Positions 1 to 11,180 of a stretch of DNA of 64,000 nt are shown piece by piece. The stretch covers positions 151,050 through 215,049 of the forward strand of contig JAGOTD010000001.1 in assembly GCA_018061945.1 (NCBI GenBank). The letters are read 5' to 3'. Position 1 is the first letter of the stretch. The number at the start of each line of letters is the position of its first letter. Origin of the DNA: Candidatus Peribacteraceae bacterium (lineage in GTDB: Bacteria; Patescibacteriota; Gracilibacteria; Peribacterales; Peribacteraceae). A model generated the notes under the pieces. It was not told the DNA's origin. It saw nothing but the letters and a program-made list of their open reading frames with translations, and did not search any database. Position numbers and translations under genes: made by a program.

Positions 1-2583
1 TGCGTTACTTCGTGCAGCGGCACTTACGAGGTGGTAAACGGCAAGAATGGTTCGCTCGATAAAGAGTCGGTCACACCACCCGAGAGCATGACTCTCACGA
101 CTGATTTCGATGGACCGTATGTGCAGATGGCGACGGAAGGATTTATCGATGGAAAGTTTGATAATGCCAATAAACGTCGCCAGCACGTTCTGTTTGGCGC
201 AAGTCAATCGGCTTATACTATCAGTAATATCGGCACGACTGGCGGCACTGTAATAGTGAACGTCTACTCCGGCTATGCATCGTCAAAAGTACGTGGGGAA
301 ACTATCGGTACATACTCCACGACTATTGGCGCATTGAGCCAAAAAACCCTTGTCGTAAACGTGCGTCCGGCAAGTGGGGTGCCTGCTAAAAAAGAAGAAG
401 CTGTCATGATTACATTTGTGACCGCACTGCCAGATGGTACGGAGAAAGTGGATACGATTGCGCTGAATACCAGAGCAGATACGACAATGAGCAGCTCCAT
501 TTCGGCTGATGGAACCGTTGTCACAAAGCCGATTCCTATTACTCCAGAGGAAAAATTGCGGCTTGATCGTATCGTGAGTCGCATCGAAGTTGCCGCAAAT
601 GGCGGAAAGCCGATTGTACGCACCACTCATGATGCTCTTACAATTTTGGCACTTCAATACAAAGCACTGTATCCCGTTATCTCCTATGCGACCACCGACA
701 TAGCAGTGATGAAGGATGCGGCGCAGGAAGAGGATCCTAAACTGCTCAAAGCTGGCACGGCGGTTGTGACGACGGCGCTCAAGATAACTGGCTTAAAACA
801 AGAAGAGTCAACGAATCGTTTATTTGCAATGCTCGATAAGGCTGAAATGTCTGCTTTGCATGGTGCTGCGGAAGCACTACGAGAAAAAACACCCGAAGCT
901 GCCTACAAGCACTTGATGGGTTTGTATACTCTGCCAAATTCGTCGAATTTCGTGAAGATTGATGGAAAATATGTACGCACAGACACAGTCATTGGGAAAA
1001 TGGTCGCTGGTATTTTTCAACGAGTACCGAACATGTCAGATGTTTCTGTTCTAGCACTGTGCAACGAACTACAGCAAGTCACAGGGATTTCATCTACAGA
1101 CCTTTACGGAGTATTGGGACATATTAATAACGGACGCTTCGAGAGCCGATTGCTTCAGCTCTTTGCAGCTAATGGCTATGGGTCTATCATCAGTAATACT
1201 ATCCCTCCTGCTTACAATTCTCCCCTCGTCACCTCTGTGACTTCCGACAAAACTTTGTACACTGGCGGGAATGCACGCATACATTTCGATGTATCCACTG
1301 CCAAAGAGGTTGACCGTGCTCGTGTCTCCTTTGGTTTTGGCACTCTTCCTACAACGTTTTTTGAAACCGATACCTTCCCGACGGATATTCGCTTCAAAAC
1401 ATTCGTCGATATTCCTGTATCCGATCTCCCGTTCTTCGATAGTCAGAATCGAGGGTTTAAAGTCGCGGTGTGGTTTACCGATACGAATATTGCACCAGCT
1501 GGAAATGTCACAAGAAATGGTATTGAAATTCAAAATGGGCTGAAGGATTTGAGTACCAATCCAGATGCGGCGATGCATGCCAAGGAGAATGCTATTTTGA
1601 ATCAGGTGCTGAAGAATTTCCCGCTCCAAAATCCAAGTGAATGGCGATGGGATATGGGATCTGGCTACCACAACGGAGACTCTTTTCATGCAGCTGACTT
1701 AAACTTGGGGAGCGAAAACAATGACTATGGCAATCCTGTGCTACCGATTGCAGATGGTACACTCAAAATTATTTCTGTAGCGTCAGGCATTATTCAGCTC
1801 AAGCACACAACAAATGTAGCTGGCAAGCCTCCTGTGACTTGGTATTCACAATATGATCATATTCCTCTGGAGGAAGAAAATGGAAAGATCTATGTACGCA
1901 AACGCGTCTGGACTCAGGCAAAGGATGCGAATGGCGACCTTCTTTTCCTTGATCCAGAAAAAACAAAACCAAAAATGGAATTAACAATTGATCCCAATTT
2001 TAACTGGGAAATAAAAAATGGAGCGACGATAAAAGCTGCAGATTATTCTTTTAGTAAACCTTTTGTTATTGTGGGTAAAAATGGAACAAATTTTGCCCAT
2101 CTGCATCTTGAAATTTTAGATGAAGCTCTGGATTCTATAGATTTGCGCACTGTGCTAACGGATGCAAAAAAAGGGTTTGGAATGAAAGTAAAAATATATG
2201 ACTCTGGAGCAGATGGTGTTCCAGATACTGCAGATGATAAGGGATTTGGCGCTGAGTGGAACAATGATATGCAGGCGTGGGCAGCTACAACGCCTAAGCC
2301 AGAAGATAATCCATATTTGTTGTATGACAGGTCTGAAGAGAAGGATGCAGTCGCTGGTGGCAATGGAAAGTCATATTTCTTGGCGTGGGAGGAGGGGAAA
2401 GAGTTGAAAGATATGAAGAGAGTAGTGTGGAAAGCCGCGGGAAAAGATGCAAGCAACAAAGATACCTTCGCTTGGATCAGTATTAATCAAATTAATAGCG
2501 TCACATCAGTTTGGCGTAAGAAAGATGGAAAATACTCATTTATTTCCCTTGCTGAGTACAAGGCTGAAAATAACTTGCAATGA
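1..2583 (+). CDS. Large multidomain protein with an M23 (LytM-type) metallopeptidase domain; 5' end cut by the window edge
   Basis: Frame 1 is open from nt 1, with no stop before the GTG at 31, so the ORF probably continues upstream. The translation carries the M23 signatures HxxxD ('SFHAADLNLG') and HxH ('FAHLHLEIL'), with 'PIADGTLK' between them. Ig-like and helical regions precede the domain and about 170 aa of unknown function follow it. Confidence 0.75.
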   Translation, partial: CVTSCSGTYEVVNGKNGSLDKESVTPPESMTLTTDFDGPYVQMATEGFIDGKFDNANKRRQHVLFGASQSAYTISNIGTTGGTVIVNVYSGYASSKVRGETIGTYSTTIGALSQKTLVVNVRPASGVPAKKEEAVMITFVTALPDGTEKVDTIALNTRADTTMSSSISADGTVVTKPIPITPEEKLRLDRIVSRIEVAANGGKPIVRTTHDALTILALQYKALYPVISYATTDIAVMKDAAQEEDPKLLKAGTAVVTTALKITGLKQEESTNRLFAMLDKAEMSALHGAAEALREKTPEAAYKHLMGLYTLPNSSNFVKIDGKYVRTDTVIGKMVAGIFQRVPNMSDVSVLALCNELQQVTGISSTDLYGVLGHINNGRFESRLLQLFAANGYGSIISNTIPPAYNSPLVTSVTSDKTLYTGGNARIHFDVSTAKEVDRARVSFGFGTLPTTFFETDTFPTDIRFKTFVDIPVSDLPFFDSQNRGFKVAVWFTDTNIAPAGNVTRNGIEIQNGLKDLSTNPDAAMHAKENAILNQVLKNFPLQNPSEWRWDMGSGYHNGDSFHAADLNLGSENNDYGNPVLPIADGTLKIISVASGIIQLKHTTNVAGKPPVTWYSQYDHIPLEEENGKIYVRKRVWTQAKDANGDLLFLDPEKTKPKMELTIDPNFNWEIKNGATIKAADYSFSKPFVIVGKNGTNFAHLHLEILDEALDSIDLRTVLTDAKKGFGMKVKIYDSGADGVPDTADDKGFGAEWNNDMQAWAATTPKPEDNPYLLYDRSEEKDAVAGGNGKSYFLAWEEGKELKDMKRVVWKAAGKDASNKDTFAWISINQINSVTSVWRKKDGKYSFISLAEYKAENNLQ

Positions 2584-3164
2584 AAAAAATTGCCTTACTA
2601 CTTTGCATATTCTTTTGTGCATCTTGCTCAACAGGCAAGGTTCCTGCAGGCGTCCAAACGAAAAGATATATAATACGCTCTGAAACCAAAGATGTTCGAC
2701 AACAAGTAATACACTTTGTACCGAATGAATCAACCGAACAAATTGGCGACGATAGTTGGATTACCTTTGTAAATGACATAGAAGGCTTTCTTGTTGCATA
2801 CCCAGCTGATTATCCAAAGGAAAGACCCGTTTCTTTTGCAGACATGTCGATTGAGGAAATTGAGCCATATCAGCCCTGCTCCCCCACCACTCTCGGCGTT
2901 TCAACGCCAAAAGTGATTCAAAATATAAGCGCTAAAATCTTGTGGGGGAAAGTCGATTTTTGGGAGAGATATAGTAGTGGAGAAGGATACCTTGATTACG
3001 ATGGAGAACCTCCTAACTGTAGGCCAGCAACAGGAGAAAATGGCGCTGCGTATGCATTATGTTCCGAGAAAGACGGAAAAACTGTTTTAATCTGCATCTC
3101 GCAAGTGAGTGACAATCCAGGCATCGCTACACAAATTTTTGATTCGTTTAAGTGGATAAAATGA
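2580..3164 (+). CDS. Probable lipoprotein/secreted protein, paralog of 3472..4014
   Basis: The ATG overlaps the upstream TGA (ATGA at 2580-2583). The N-terminus 'MKKIALLLCIFFCASCSTGK' is signal/lipobox-like. The C-terminus 'CSEKDGKTVLICISQVSDNPGIATQIFDSFKWIK' aligns with the C-terminus of the 3472..4014 product. Confidence 0.6.
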   Translation: MKKIALLLCIFFCASCSTGKVPAGVQTKRYIIRSETKDVRQQVIHFVPNESTEQIGDDSWITFVNDIEGFLVAYPADYPKERPVSFADMSIEEIEPYQPCSPTTLGVSTPKVIQNISAKILWGKVDFWERYSSGEGYLDYDGEPPNCRPATGENGAAYALCSEKDGKTVLICISQVSDNPGIATQIFDSFKWIK

Positions 3165-3469
3165 GGAGCCCATTTTGTTCTTCAGGCACAGTATTGGCAT
3201 GGAAGCCTATTGAAAATGAAAATCCAGAGTCTAATGGCATTGCATTTTATGTCGATGGGAATACTGCAATGGGTAGCGATCACAATGTATGGGTAGCGCT
3301 AGAAAACGGAGATAAGAGTAAGATGGTGGAGGTGAGGTGGAAAACTCTTGAATATATGAATGATCAGGGAATAATAGATACAAAGGCTATTTGGGTTAAT
3401 ATTAATGATGATAAGCGTCGCTGGAATTCAGCTAAACGCAAATTTGTTGATCGTCTTACTAATATTTAA
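3152..3469 (+). CDS. Hypothetical protein (105 aa), no recognisable motif
   Basis: The ORF is packed between the two lipoprotein paralogs and overlaps the upstream gene by 13 nt. An alternative ATG lies at 3161. No signal peptide. Confidence 0.4.
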   Translation: MDKMRSPFCSSGTVLAWKPIENENPESNGIAFYVDGNTAMGSDHNVWVALENGDKSKMVEVRWKTLEYMNDQGIIDTKAIWVNINDDKRRWNSAKRKFVDRLTNI

Positions 3470-3471
3470 TT

Positions 3472-4014
3472 ATGAGAATCTATAAAATATTAATCATTGG
3501 CTTTCTGTTTACATTGATTGGTTGCAATTCAACCAAAATTCACCCTGACGATAACTCCTGGAAAGTTATACGTGTTGCAAATATTGAACTTAAATATCCA
3601 GCAGAATTAACAGAGCGACCCAGTGCAGATGATCATAGGATTATTGATAATGATAATGACAGAAATGACTTAGACCATCCCCAAGAATATAGAATTGAAA
3701 TAACGCCTCAAATTGAGACCTGCTCCACCTCCACTCTTCAGGAGCTAGATCCACATACGCGCCCCATATTAGAACTAAAAGAAACAGCTAATCCTTCTAA
3801 TGATATTTTAACTATTAGAGGAGTACAGCGCCCCACAGGTTCAGAGGTTGAAATGAGTGAGGAAAATTTGAAAGAATGGTGGTCGTATCAGGATACTCGG
3901 TATCTTTTTTGTTCTGAGCATGCAGGGAAGTCAGTTGTGATTGTGATTGCACAGAAAACAGATGATCCCAAGCTTGCGAATGAGATTTTTGATTCGTTCC
4001 GGTGGCTACCATAA
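3472..4014 (+). CDS. Lipoprotein, paralog of 2580..3164
   Basis: Canonical lipobox 'FTLIGC' in 'MRIYKILIIGFLFTLIGCNSTK'. The C-terminus 'CSEHAGKSVVIVIAQKTDDPKLANEIFDSFRWLP' matches the first paralog. Confidence 0.65.
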   Translation: MRIYKILIIGFLFTLIGCNSTKIHPDDNSWKVIRVANIELKYPAELTERPSADDHRIIDNDNDRNDLDHPQEYRIEITPQIETCSTSTLQELDPHTRPILELKETANPSNDILTIRGVQRPTGSEVEMSEENLKEWWSYQDTRYLFCSEHAGKSVVIVIAQKTDDPKLANEIFDSFRWLP

Positions 4015-4084
4015 AGCCACTCTGAGCTTGTCGAATGAGTGGATAAAATAATTTCTCCAATCACATTTTTTATTTTTTTACTCC

Positions 4085-5284
4085 ATGACCATGAAACGTA
4101 ATTCCGTAATCCCAATAACTGTACTTTCTCTGACACTTACGTTCTCTGCCGGAGCGCAAACATTATCTGCAGCTACACAAAAAAGTGGCAACAGTTCCAG
4201 TATCAGCTCTGTGCAAAAGCGCTTGGCGCAGCGAAAAGCTTCTGTTACGTCTACATCCGCGTCTTCTCGTGTACGAACGAACAGTGCAACACCGCCGCTC
4301 TCCACTGCGCAGCAGCGATTGTTATTACGAAAACAGGCTGGCATAAGCAGCTCGTCTGCCCGAAGCGTATCTCGTTCCTCATCTTCATCTGCCCCATCGA
4401 TTACCAATACAGAACTGGATATGGGCATCGAAATTCATAAAATTAATGACCGATTCTTTGTCTATTCAATGAAGAAAGACTCGTATGCTCTCCAATCAGA
4501 ATTGGATTTGGGCGATGAAATAATTGCTATCGACGGAAAAGAATTGAAAAGCAATATAACCGTAGCTGCTGTTGAGCAAATGCTTAGCGGACCAGAAGGT
4601 TCTGAATCAACCCTCAAAATTGGACGCATCAATAAAGGCTATATGACTATCACTTTTAGACGAGAACGCAAAAAAGACTTACCTGTTGCTCTGGCATCGA
4701 CCATGAGTGGTATCGGCATTTTGACTATCAATAGCCTCAATGTACAAGCTATACCTCTCATTCGAAAGGCATGTCAAGAATTGTATGACAAAGGCAATCT
4801 AAGAGGCGTTGTTATCGATTTACACACAAACCCCAATGGCGTGCTGGAAGGTGTCGGCAAGCTTGTAAGCTGTTTCGTTCCACAAAATACAACGTATATC
4901 ACCATGACAAATTATCCCATGATGGTCAGTAGCAGACAGGATATTCCGTATGTTACAAAGGATAAGCCAATTTTTGCGGCTGGCACTAAAATTGTCTTGC
5001 TCACTCGCTATTCTCTGAGTCCTGCAACTGTCGTTGCAGCTATGTCGCTCACAAAAAGTGTCAAAGCCAAACTTCTCTATATCGATGCTATCAATACAAA
5101 ATCTGTCAGCACCCCTATTACCATGCTCGGGCCGGATGGCAAAGAACAAGAGCTTCTTCGCGATAGTACCCTTACCCTTGATGCGAAAGACGGCCTGACA
5201 ATGAGCGACCGAATTATTCTCAATGGCGCCCTGACAGATACCGAAGGATTACAAACAGCAGTGAATTATGTATTGCACAATTAA
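4085..5284 (+). CDS. Secreted PDZ-domain protein with S41 (C-terminal processing peptidase)-like domain
   Basis: Signal peptide 'MTMKRNSVIPITVLSLTLTFSAGAQT', then a Ser-rich segment of about 90 aa. PDZ-like 'LGDEIIAIDGKEL'. S41-like 'GVVIDLHTNPNG' and 'VLLTRYSLSPATVVAAMSL' (canonical form is ..SASASE..). Confidence 0.65.
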   Translation: MTMKRNSVIPITVLSLTLTFSAGAQTLSAATQKSGNSSSISSVQKRLAQRKASVTSTSASSRVRTNSATPPLSTAQQRLLLRKQAGISSSSARSVSRSSSSSAPSITNTELDMGIEIHKINDRFFVYSMKKDSYALQSELDLGDEIIAIDGKELKSNITVAAVEQMLSGPEGSESTLKIGRINKGYMTITFRRERKKDLPVALASTMSGIGILTINSLNVQAIPLIRKACQELYDKGNLRGVVIDLHTNPNGVLEGVGKLVSCFVPQNTTYITMTNYPMMVSSRQDIPYVTKDKPIFAAGTKIVLLTRYSLSPATVVAAMSLTKSVKAKLLYIDAINTKSVSTPITMLGPDGKEQELLRDSTLTLDAKDGLTMSDRIILNGALTDTEGLQTAVNYVLHN

Positions 5285-5295
5285 ATCTTATGCAC

Positions 5296-5332
5296 GCTCG
5301 CCCTCTTCTTTCATACAGAAAAGAGGGCGAGC
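5296..5332. terminator. Hairpin between convergent genes (likely bidirectional terminator)
   Basis: 12-bp perfect stem GCTCGCCCTCTT / AAGAGGGCGAGC with a 13-nt loop, lying between the stops at 5284 (+) and 5388 (-). Confidence 0.6.
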
Positions 5333-5387
5333 TCTGATGCCATTATTACTTTCACTTACTCAGACGACCTCGCCTGCGTAGCAATTT

Positions 5388-6461
5388 CTACCACCCCATC
5401 TTTTTTTTCTGCTCGTCTCCACTCGGCTTCTTGAGCAAATACTCAACGTCCTGCGGATCGACCAAGCCTTCGGCGATCATGCGGTTTAAGTCTTTTTCGA
5501 ATGTTAACATTCCCAGTTCCTGATTCGTCTGCATTACGCTTTCCAGCTCCACAAAGCGGTCTTCGCGGATGATGTTAGAAACGGCAGGCGTGCGGATGAG
5601 AATTTCGCGGTTGGCGATACGGCCGCCGCCTTTGCGCGGCACCAGGCGCTGCGCGACGATTGCGCGTAGCGAAAGGGCCAGCTGCATGCGGATCTGCGTC
5701 TGCTGATGCGATGGAAACACGTCGATAATACGGTCCAAGCTTTGCATGGCGTTTGGCGTGTGCAGCGTGGCCAGTACCAAGTGACCGGTTTCTGCCAGAG
5801 TGAGTGCCAGCGAAATGCTATCTAAATCGCGCATTTCTCCGACCATCACGATATCCGGATCCTGGCGCAACACGTGGCGCAGACCATCGGGAAATGTCTG
5901 AAAGTCTGTTCCCAGCTCGCGCTGGCTTATAAGCGCTTTGTCGGATTTGAAGATGAATTCCACCGGGTCTTCCAGGGTGATAATGTTCACTGGGTGCAAC
6001 TCGTTGATCTTATGCAAAATGGCAGCGAGCGAGGTGGATTTACCGGCACCCGTTGGACCTGTGAACAAAATGAGACCGTCTAGGCTTTGAGCGAGACTAA
6101 GCACCACGCCCGGCAAGAACACATCTTCGGGAGTCGGGACAGTCTGGGGCACCAGACGAGCAGCAAACGCCGGCTCACCGGCCACCATGTGACAGTTGAT
6201 ACGAAAGCGCGTGCCATCGGCGTAGGCAAAGCTACAGTCGATGTCGCCGACTTCCATGAATTTCTTGTACTGGCCTTCGGTCACGAATTCCAAAATGAGC
6301 TGCTTTACCTCGGCAAAAGCCAGCGGCTTTGCCTCTGGCATATTCAGCAGTTTGCCGCTCACACGCAGGCGTGGAATCTGGTCGGTTAAGACATGGATAT
6401 CGGACGCACCCATATCGATTGCGGTTTGCCAAAGCGAGGGGAGAGACGACTTTTGTTTCAT
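5388..6461 (-). CDS. pilT: Type IV pilus retraction ATPase PilT (PilT/PilU family)
   Basis: N-terminal 'GASDIHV', Walker A 'GPTGAGKSTS', 'ITLEDPVEF', 'VGEMRD', 'TGHLVLATLHT'. At 357 aa the size is typical. Confidence 0.9.
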   Translation of the reverse strand: MKQKSSLPSLWQTAIDMGASDIHVLTDQIPRLRVSGKLLNMPEAKPLAFAEVKQLILEFVTEGQYKKFMEVGDIDCSFAYADGTRFRINCHMVAGEPAFAARLVPQTVPTPEDVFLPGVVLSLAQSLDGLILFTGPTGAGKSTSLAAILHKINELHPVNIITLEDPVEFIFKSDKALISQRELGTDFQTFPDGLRHVLRQDPDIVMVGEMRDLDSISLALTLAETGHLVLATLHTPNAMQSLDRIIDVFPSHQQTQIRMQLALSLRAIVAQRLVPRKGGGRIANREILIRTPAVSNIIREDRFVELESVMQTNQELGMLTFEKDLNRMIAEGLVDPQDVEYLLKKPSGDEQKKKMGW

Positions 6462-6487
6462 AAATCTGATTAGTATACCAGAAAACA

Positions 6488-6529
6488 GGACTCAGAGGAA
6501 GCAAAGGACTCAGAAGACTCAAAGGAAAA
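6488..6529. repeat. GGACTCAGA-type short tandem repeat block (family A)
   Basis: 'aggactcagaggaagcaaaggactcagaagactcaaaggaaaa'. The same motif recurs at 9237-9278, in reverse orientation at 9325-9392, and at 10711-10753. Confidence 0.7.
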
Positions 6530-6611
6530 TGTACTCTGAAAGCTGATAGCTGGCAGCTGAAAGCTACTACAACTATCTATCCTAACCCTTAACCCCAACC
6601 CCAGCCCTTAT

Positions 6612-6887
6612 TTATGCCTCTCTCGCCTTACGACCCATATCGATAACCGCCTTGGAGATTTTCTCCATTGCTGCTTCTTCCAATTCGTAGTCAAAAGCCT
6701 CTTCCAGCCAGTTGCTGAGCACTTGCTGTTCGCGATCGATATCTGGTTCATCGTCTTTGCGCTGAGTGACGATCTGGCGCACCAAACCCTGGCGACGTGC
6801 GAGGAGCTCTACTATCTGTCTGTCGATCTGGTCAACTTGCCGGCGGAGGTCTAAAAGAGATGCCATTTGCTGCGATATACTCTCCAT
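6612..6887 (-). CDS. Small helical protein, chorismate mutase (AroQ)-like
   Basis: 'LLDLRRQVDQIDRQIVELLARRQGLVRQIV...DREQQVL' follows the AroQ pattern L.R..ID.ID..I..LL..R......K......RE..V. The start is taken at the ATG at 6887; the track start at 6920 adds 11 aa. Confidence 0.45.
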   Translation of the reverse strand: MESISQQMASLLDLRRQVDQIDRQIVELLARRQGLVRQIVTQRKDDEPDIDREQQVLSNWLEEAFDYELEEAAMEKISKAVIDMGRKAREA

Positions 6888-7053
6888 TTTGAGGGACTTT
6901 GCAATTGACAGATATATCAAATTATTTTAATTAGTTATATTTACGGTTTATAGCTCTTAGGTAAGCCAAAAGATCGATATGACTCGCAGAGAACGAGTAT
7001 GAGCGATTCCTTGCGTTTTGGCTTCCAATATTCAGTGGTGATCAAAAGTATAG

Positions 7054-9231
<2,178 letters not shown>

Positions 9232-9236
9232 GGAGG

Positions 9237-9392
9237 AAAGGACTCAGAAGACTCAAAGGACTCAGAAGAAACAGAGGAGTGTTGGAATCGCTTTCTCAAA
9301 ATTTATTCTTTTCTATCCTAAAAATCCTTTGAGTCTTCTGAGTCCTCTGTTTCCTCTGAGTCTTTTCAAATGAGTCTTCTGAGTCATTTTCC
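9237..9392. repeat. Inverted pair of family-A (GGACTCAGA) repeat blocks around an AT-rich core
   Basis: The forward block 9237-9278 ('aaggactcagaagactcaaaggactcagaagaaacagagg') and the reverse block 9325-9392 ('tcctttgagtcttctgagtcctctgtttcctctgagtc...tgagtcttctgagtc') can form a long hairpin directly after the ligA stop. Confidence 0.65.
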
Positions 9393-9464
9393 TTAACACT
9401 AAAGAATCCATAATCCCTACCATCTACAGAGCGGCCGTTCCCGGCCGCGGCGGCAATAGTAATA

Positions 9465-9505
9465 CCGAGACCGCGGGCGCGAACGCCCGCTCTGGTGTGA
9501 AAAAA
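9465..9505. repeat. Conserved GC-rich hairpin element (family C), copy 2
   Basis: 'ccgagaccgcgggcgcgaacgcccgctctggtgtgaaaaa', near-identical to 7091-7128. Confidence 0.6.
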
Positions 9506-9515
9506 ATCAATTTCC

Positions 9516-9678
9516 TTGCATTCCAGAAAAAAAATCCTACACTCTGCATCCAATGCAGATTAATCTCATCGGTCCAATGGCTCGTCGTCGCACCTCCAGC
9601 GAGGTGACGATCTGACAGACCCGTCCGATCTTCCCGTCACTTCCCTGGAGAAAGTATCTCTGGGTTTTTTGAAAATCT
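9516..9678 (+). promoter_or_regulatory. Candidate promoter plus structured leader ending in an intrinsic terminator 9 nt before the start codon (possible attenuator/riboswitch)
   Basis: - Promoter-like TTGCAT (9516-9521), 16-nt spacer, TACACT (9538-9543).
- Hairpins CTGCAT/ATGCAG (9544-9558) and CACCTC/GAGGTG (9591-9606).
- An overlapping alternative stem GGTGACG/CGTCACT (9603-9609 with 9635-9641).
- Terminator stem 9643-9664 followed by T6 (9665-9670).
- CTCCAG (9594-9599) is complementary to CTGGAG (9645-9650) in the 5' arm of the terminator. Confidence 0.35.
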
Positions 9679-10710
9679 ATGCTGAAAAAACTAGAAGCAT
9701 CGGCTGATTACTACAGGATCTACAAGGGTCAGAGTCTGCAAATTCAAATCAATCCTAAAGCAAATGAAGACCAAGTGACCAGAGTCAGGAATGCCATAAA
9801 ACTTTTACTGCATCATAAGATCAGCTATTCCTTCTCGCAAGACAGTACGCAGTCACCGGAGGCTGCAGGGAAGCTGAGTCGGAATGGAAATCAAATTGTG
9901 TTCCTTGGCTATGGCGATGGCATTGAGCAAATACGAAAAGACGGGCCAGAAATCATCTCTTATATGTGTCATGCAAAGCTCGAAACTCTGCTAAGGGGAG
10001 ATAGGCCAGAAAATATGAACATTCCGCCGGCTGTAACAACTATTCTTCCGCTCATCAATCAACTACTGCCGCTCGTTGGAAAAATTGTGGTGACCGATGA
10101 TCTGGAAAGTGAAATCAAAAATTGTCTGGGAGCAGGCACACTTTTTTTTGATACAGACCAATTACAATTTGGCGCCATGAATGAACAGACAGAGGCTGAG
10201 ATTAATACACATATGAATGACTATTATGAAAAAAATGGCTCCTTTAAGCCCAGGAAACATACAGGCGAAACATTCATGCTCCGTATTAAAGGCTCGCCTA
10301 TTTCAGCCTGTACATTCTTTCACCATCCGAATGCAGACAAATCGGAGATGATTGAAATCGGCAAACTATGGGCTGGCGCAACACGCAATGGACTCAGCCA
10401 ATACACTCTCCATCATGCAAACAATTATTTGAAAAAAACCGGCGTAGCCGCAGACAAAATATTCGCCATCACAAAAGAGCGTGGCGCAGCAAAGACATTT
10501 ACTGATGCAGGCTACACAATGGAATCATTACGCACATTGCAGAGTACCGATGCAACCATCTGCGATTACTTAAAGCAATACAAGTTGGCAGATGACGAAG
10601 ACAGAAATGTACATCGGCTTCTACAATTTCCACCCGACCCGGGACGCGGCGTCCGGCCCCGAAGGGGACCCTTTGGGTCTGCGGATATTTTGGATAATTC
10701 CGACATGTAA
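9679..10710 (+). CDS. Hypothetical protein; weak resemblance to the C-terminal end of an amino-acid-kinase fold plus a GNAT-like acetyltransferase (N-acetylglutamate-synthase-like)
   Basis: 'LPLVGKIVVTDDLESEIKNCLGAGTLFF' resembles the end of ArgB-type kinases. 'IEIGKLWAGATRNGLSQYTLHHANNYLKKTG...FAITKERGAAKTFTDAGY' is GNAT-like. The last ~30 codons ('PDPGRGVRPRRGPFGSADIL..') are encoded by repeat-family DNA, so the true C-terminus is uncertain. Confidence 0.45.
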   Translation: MLKKLEASADYYRIYKGQSLQIQINPKANEDQVTRVRNAIKLLLHHKISYSFSQDSTQSPEAAGKLSRNGNQIVFLGYGDGIEQIRKDGPEIISYMCHAKLETLLRGDRPENMNIPPAVTTILPLINQLLPLVGKIVVTDDLESEIKNCLGAGTLFFDTDQLQFGAMNEQTEAEINTHMNDYYEKNGSFKPRKHTGETFMLRIKGSPISACTFFHHPNADKSEMIEIGKLWAGATRNGLSQYTLHHANNYLKKTGVAADKIFAITKERGAAKTFTDAGYTMESLRTLQSTDATICDYLKQYKLADDEDRNVHRLLQFPPDPGRGVRPRRGPFGSADILDNSDM

Positions 10711-10753
10711 TCCTCTGAGTCTTTTGAGTCCCTTGAGTCCTCTGAGTCCTTTC
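10711..10753. repeat. Family-A repeat block (reverse orientation)
   Basis: 'tcctctgagtcttttgagtcccttgagtcctctgagtcctttc', immediately after the stop at 10710. Confidence 0.65.
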
Positions 10754-11180
10754 CGTATGCATGAAGAGCCACCCGCTTTGAAGGTAGCTCTGCATTATGC
10801 CGGTCGGTCCAAATTTCCCCTTCTGTGTGAATGAATAAATAACGATGTAGGCCTGCACGCTCTGTGGCTGAAACAGCAACTCGGGTTAATGTGCAATATG
10901 AATGATCGTGCCTTTGAAGACGTACCGCCCTGAGCTGCCTTACATCCTCATCGCTTGACGAACAGGATGAAAGGCAGAAAGGTTAGTGTGAAAATGCTTA
11001 GAAGTCGCTTTCTTCTGCCATGAGAGCTATAGTATGTAAGTCACATTTGCTCCACTCGTCTTGTTGTAAGAGAATATTTCCGTCACTGATTGTATGACTG
11101 AAAAAGGAGAATCGAACCTTTCTGCCTTACCTGCCCTTGTACTGCCTTTCTGCCCTCTTCTTGTCCTTTCCTCTTTTTCT

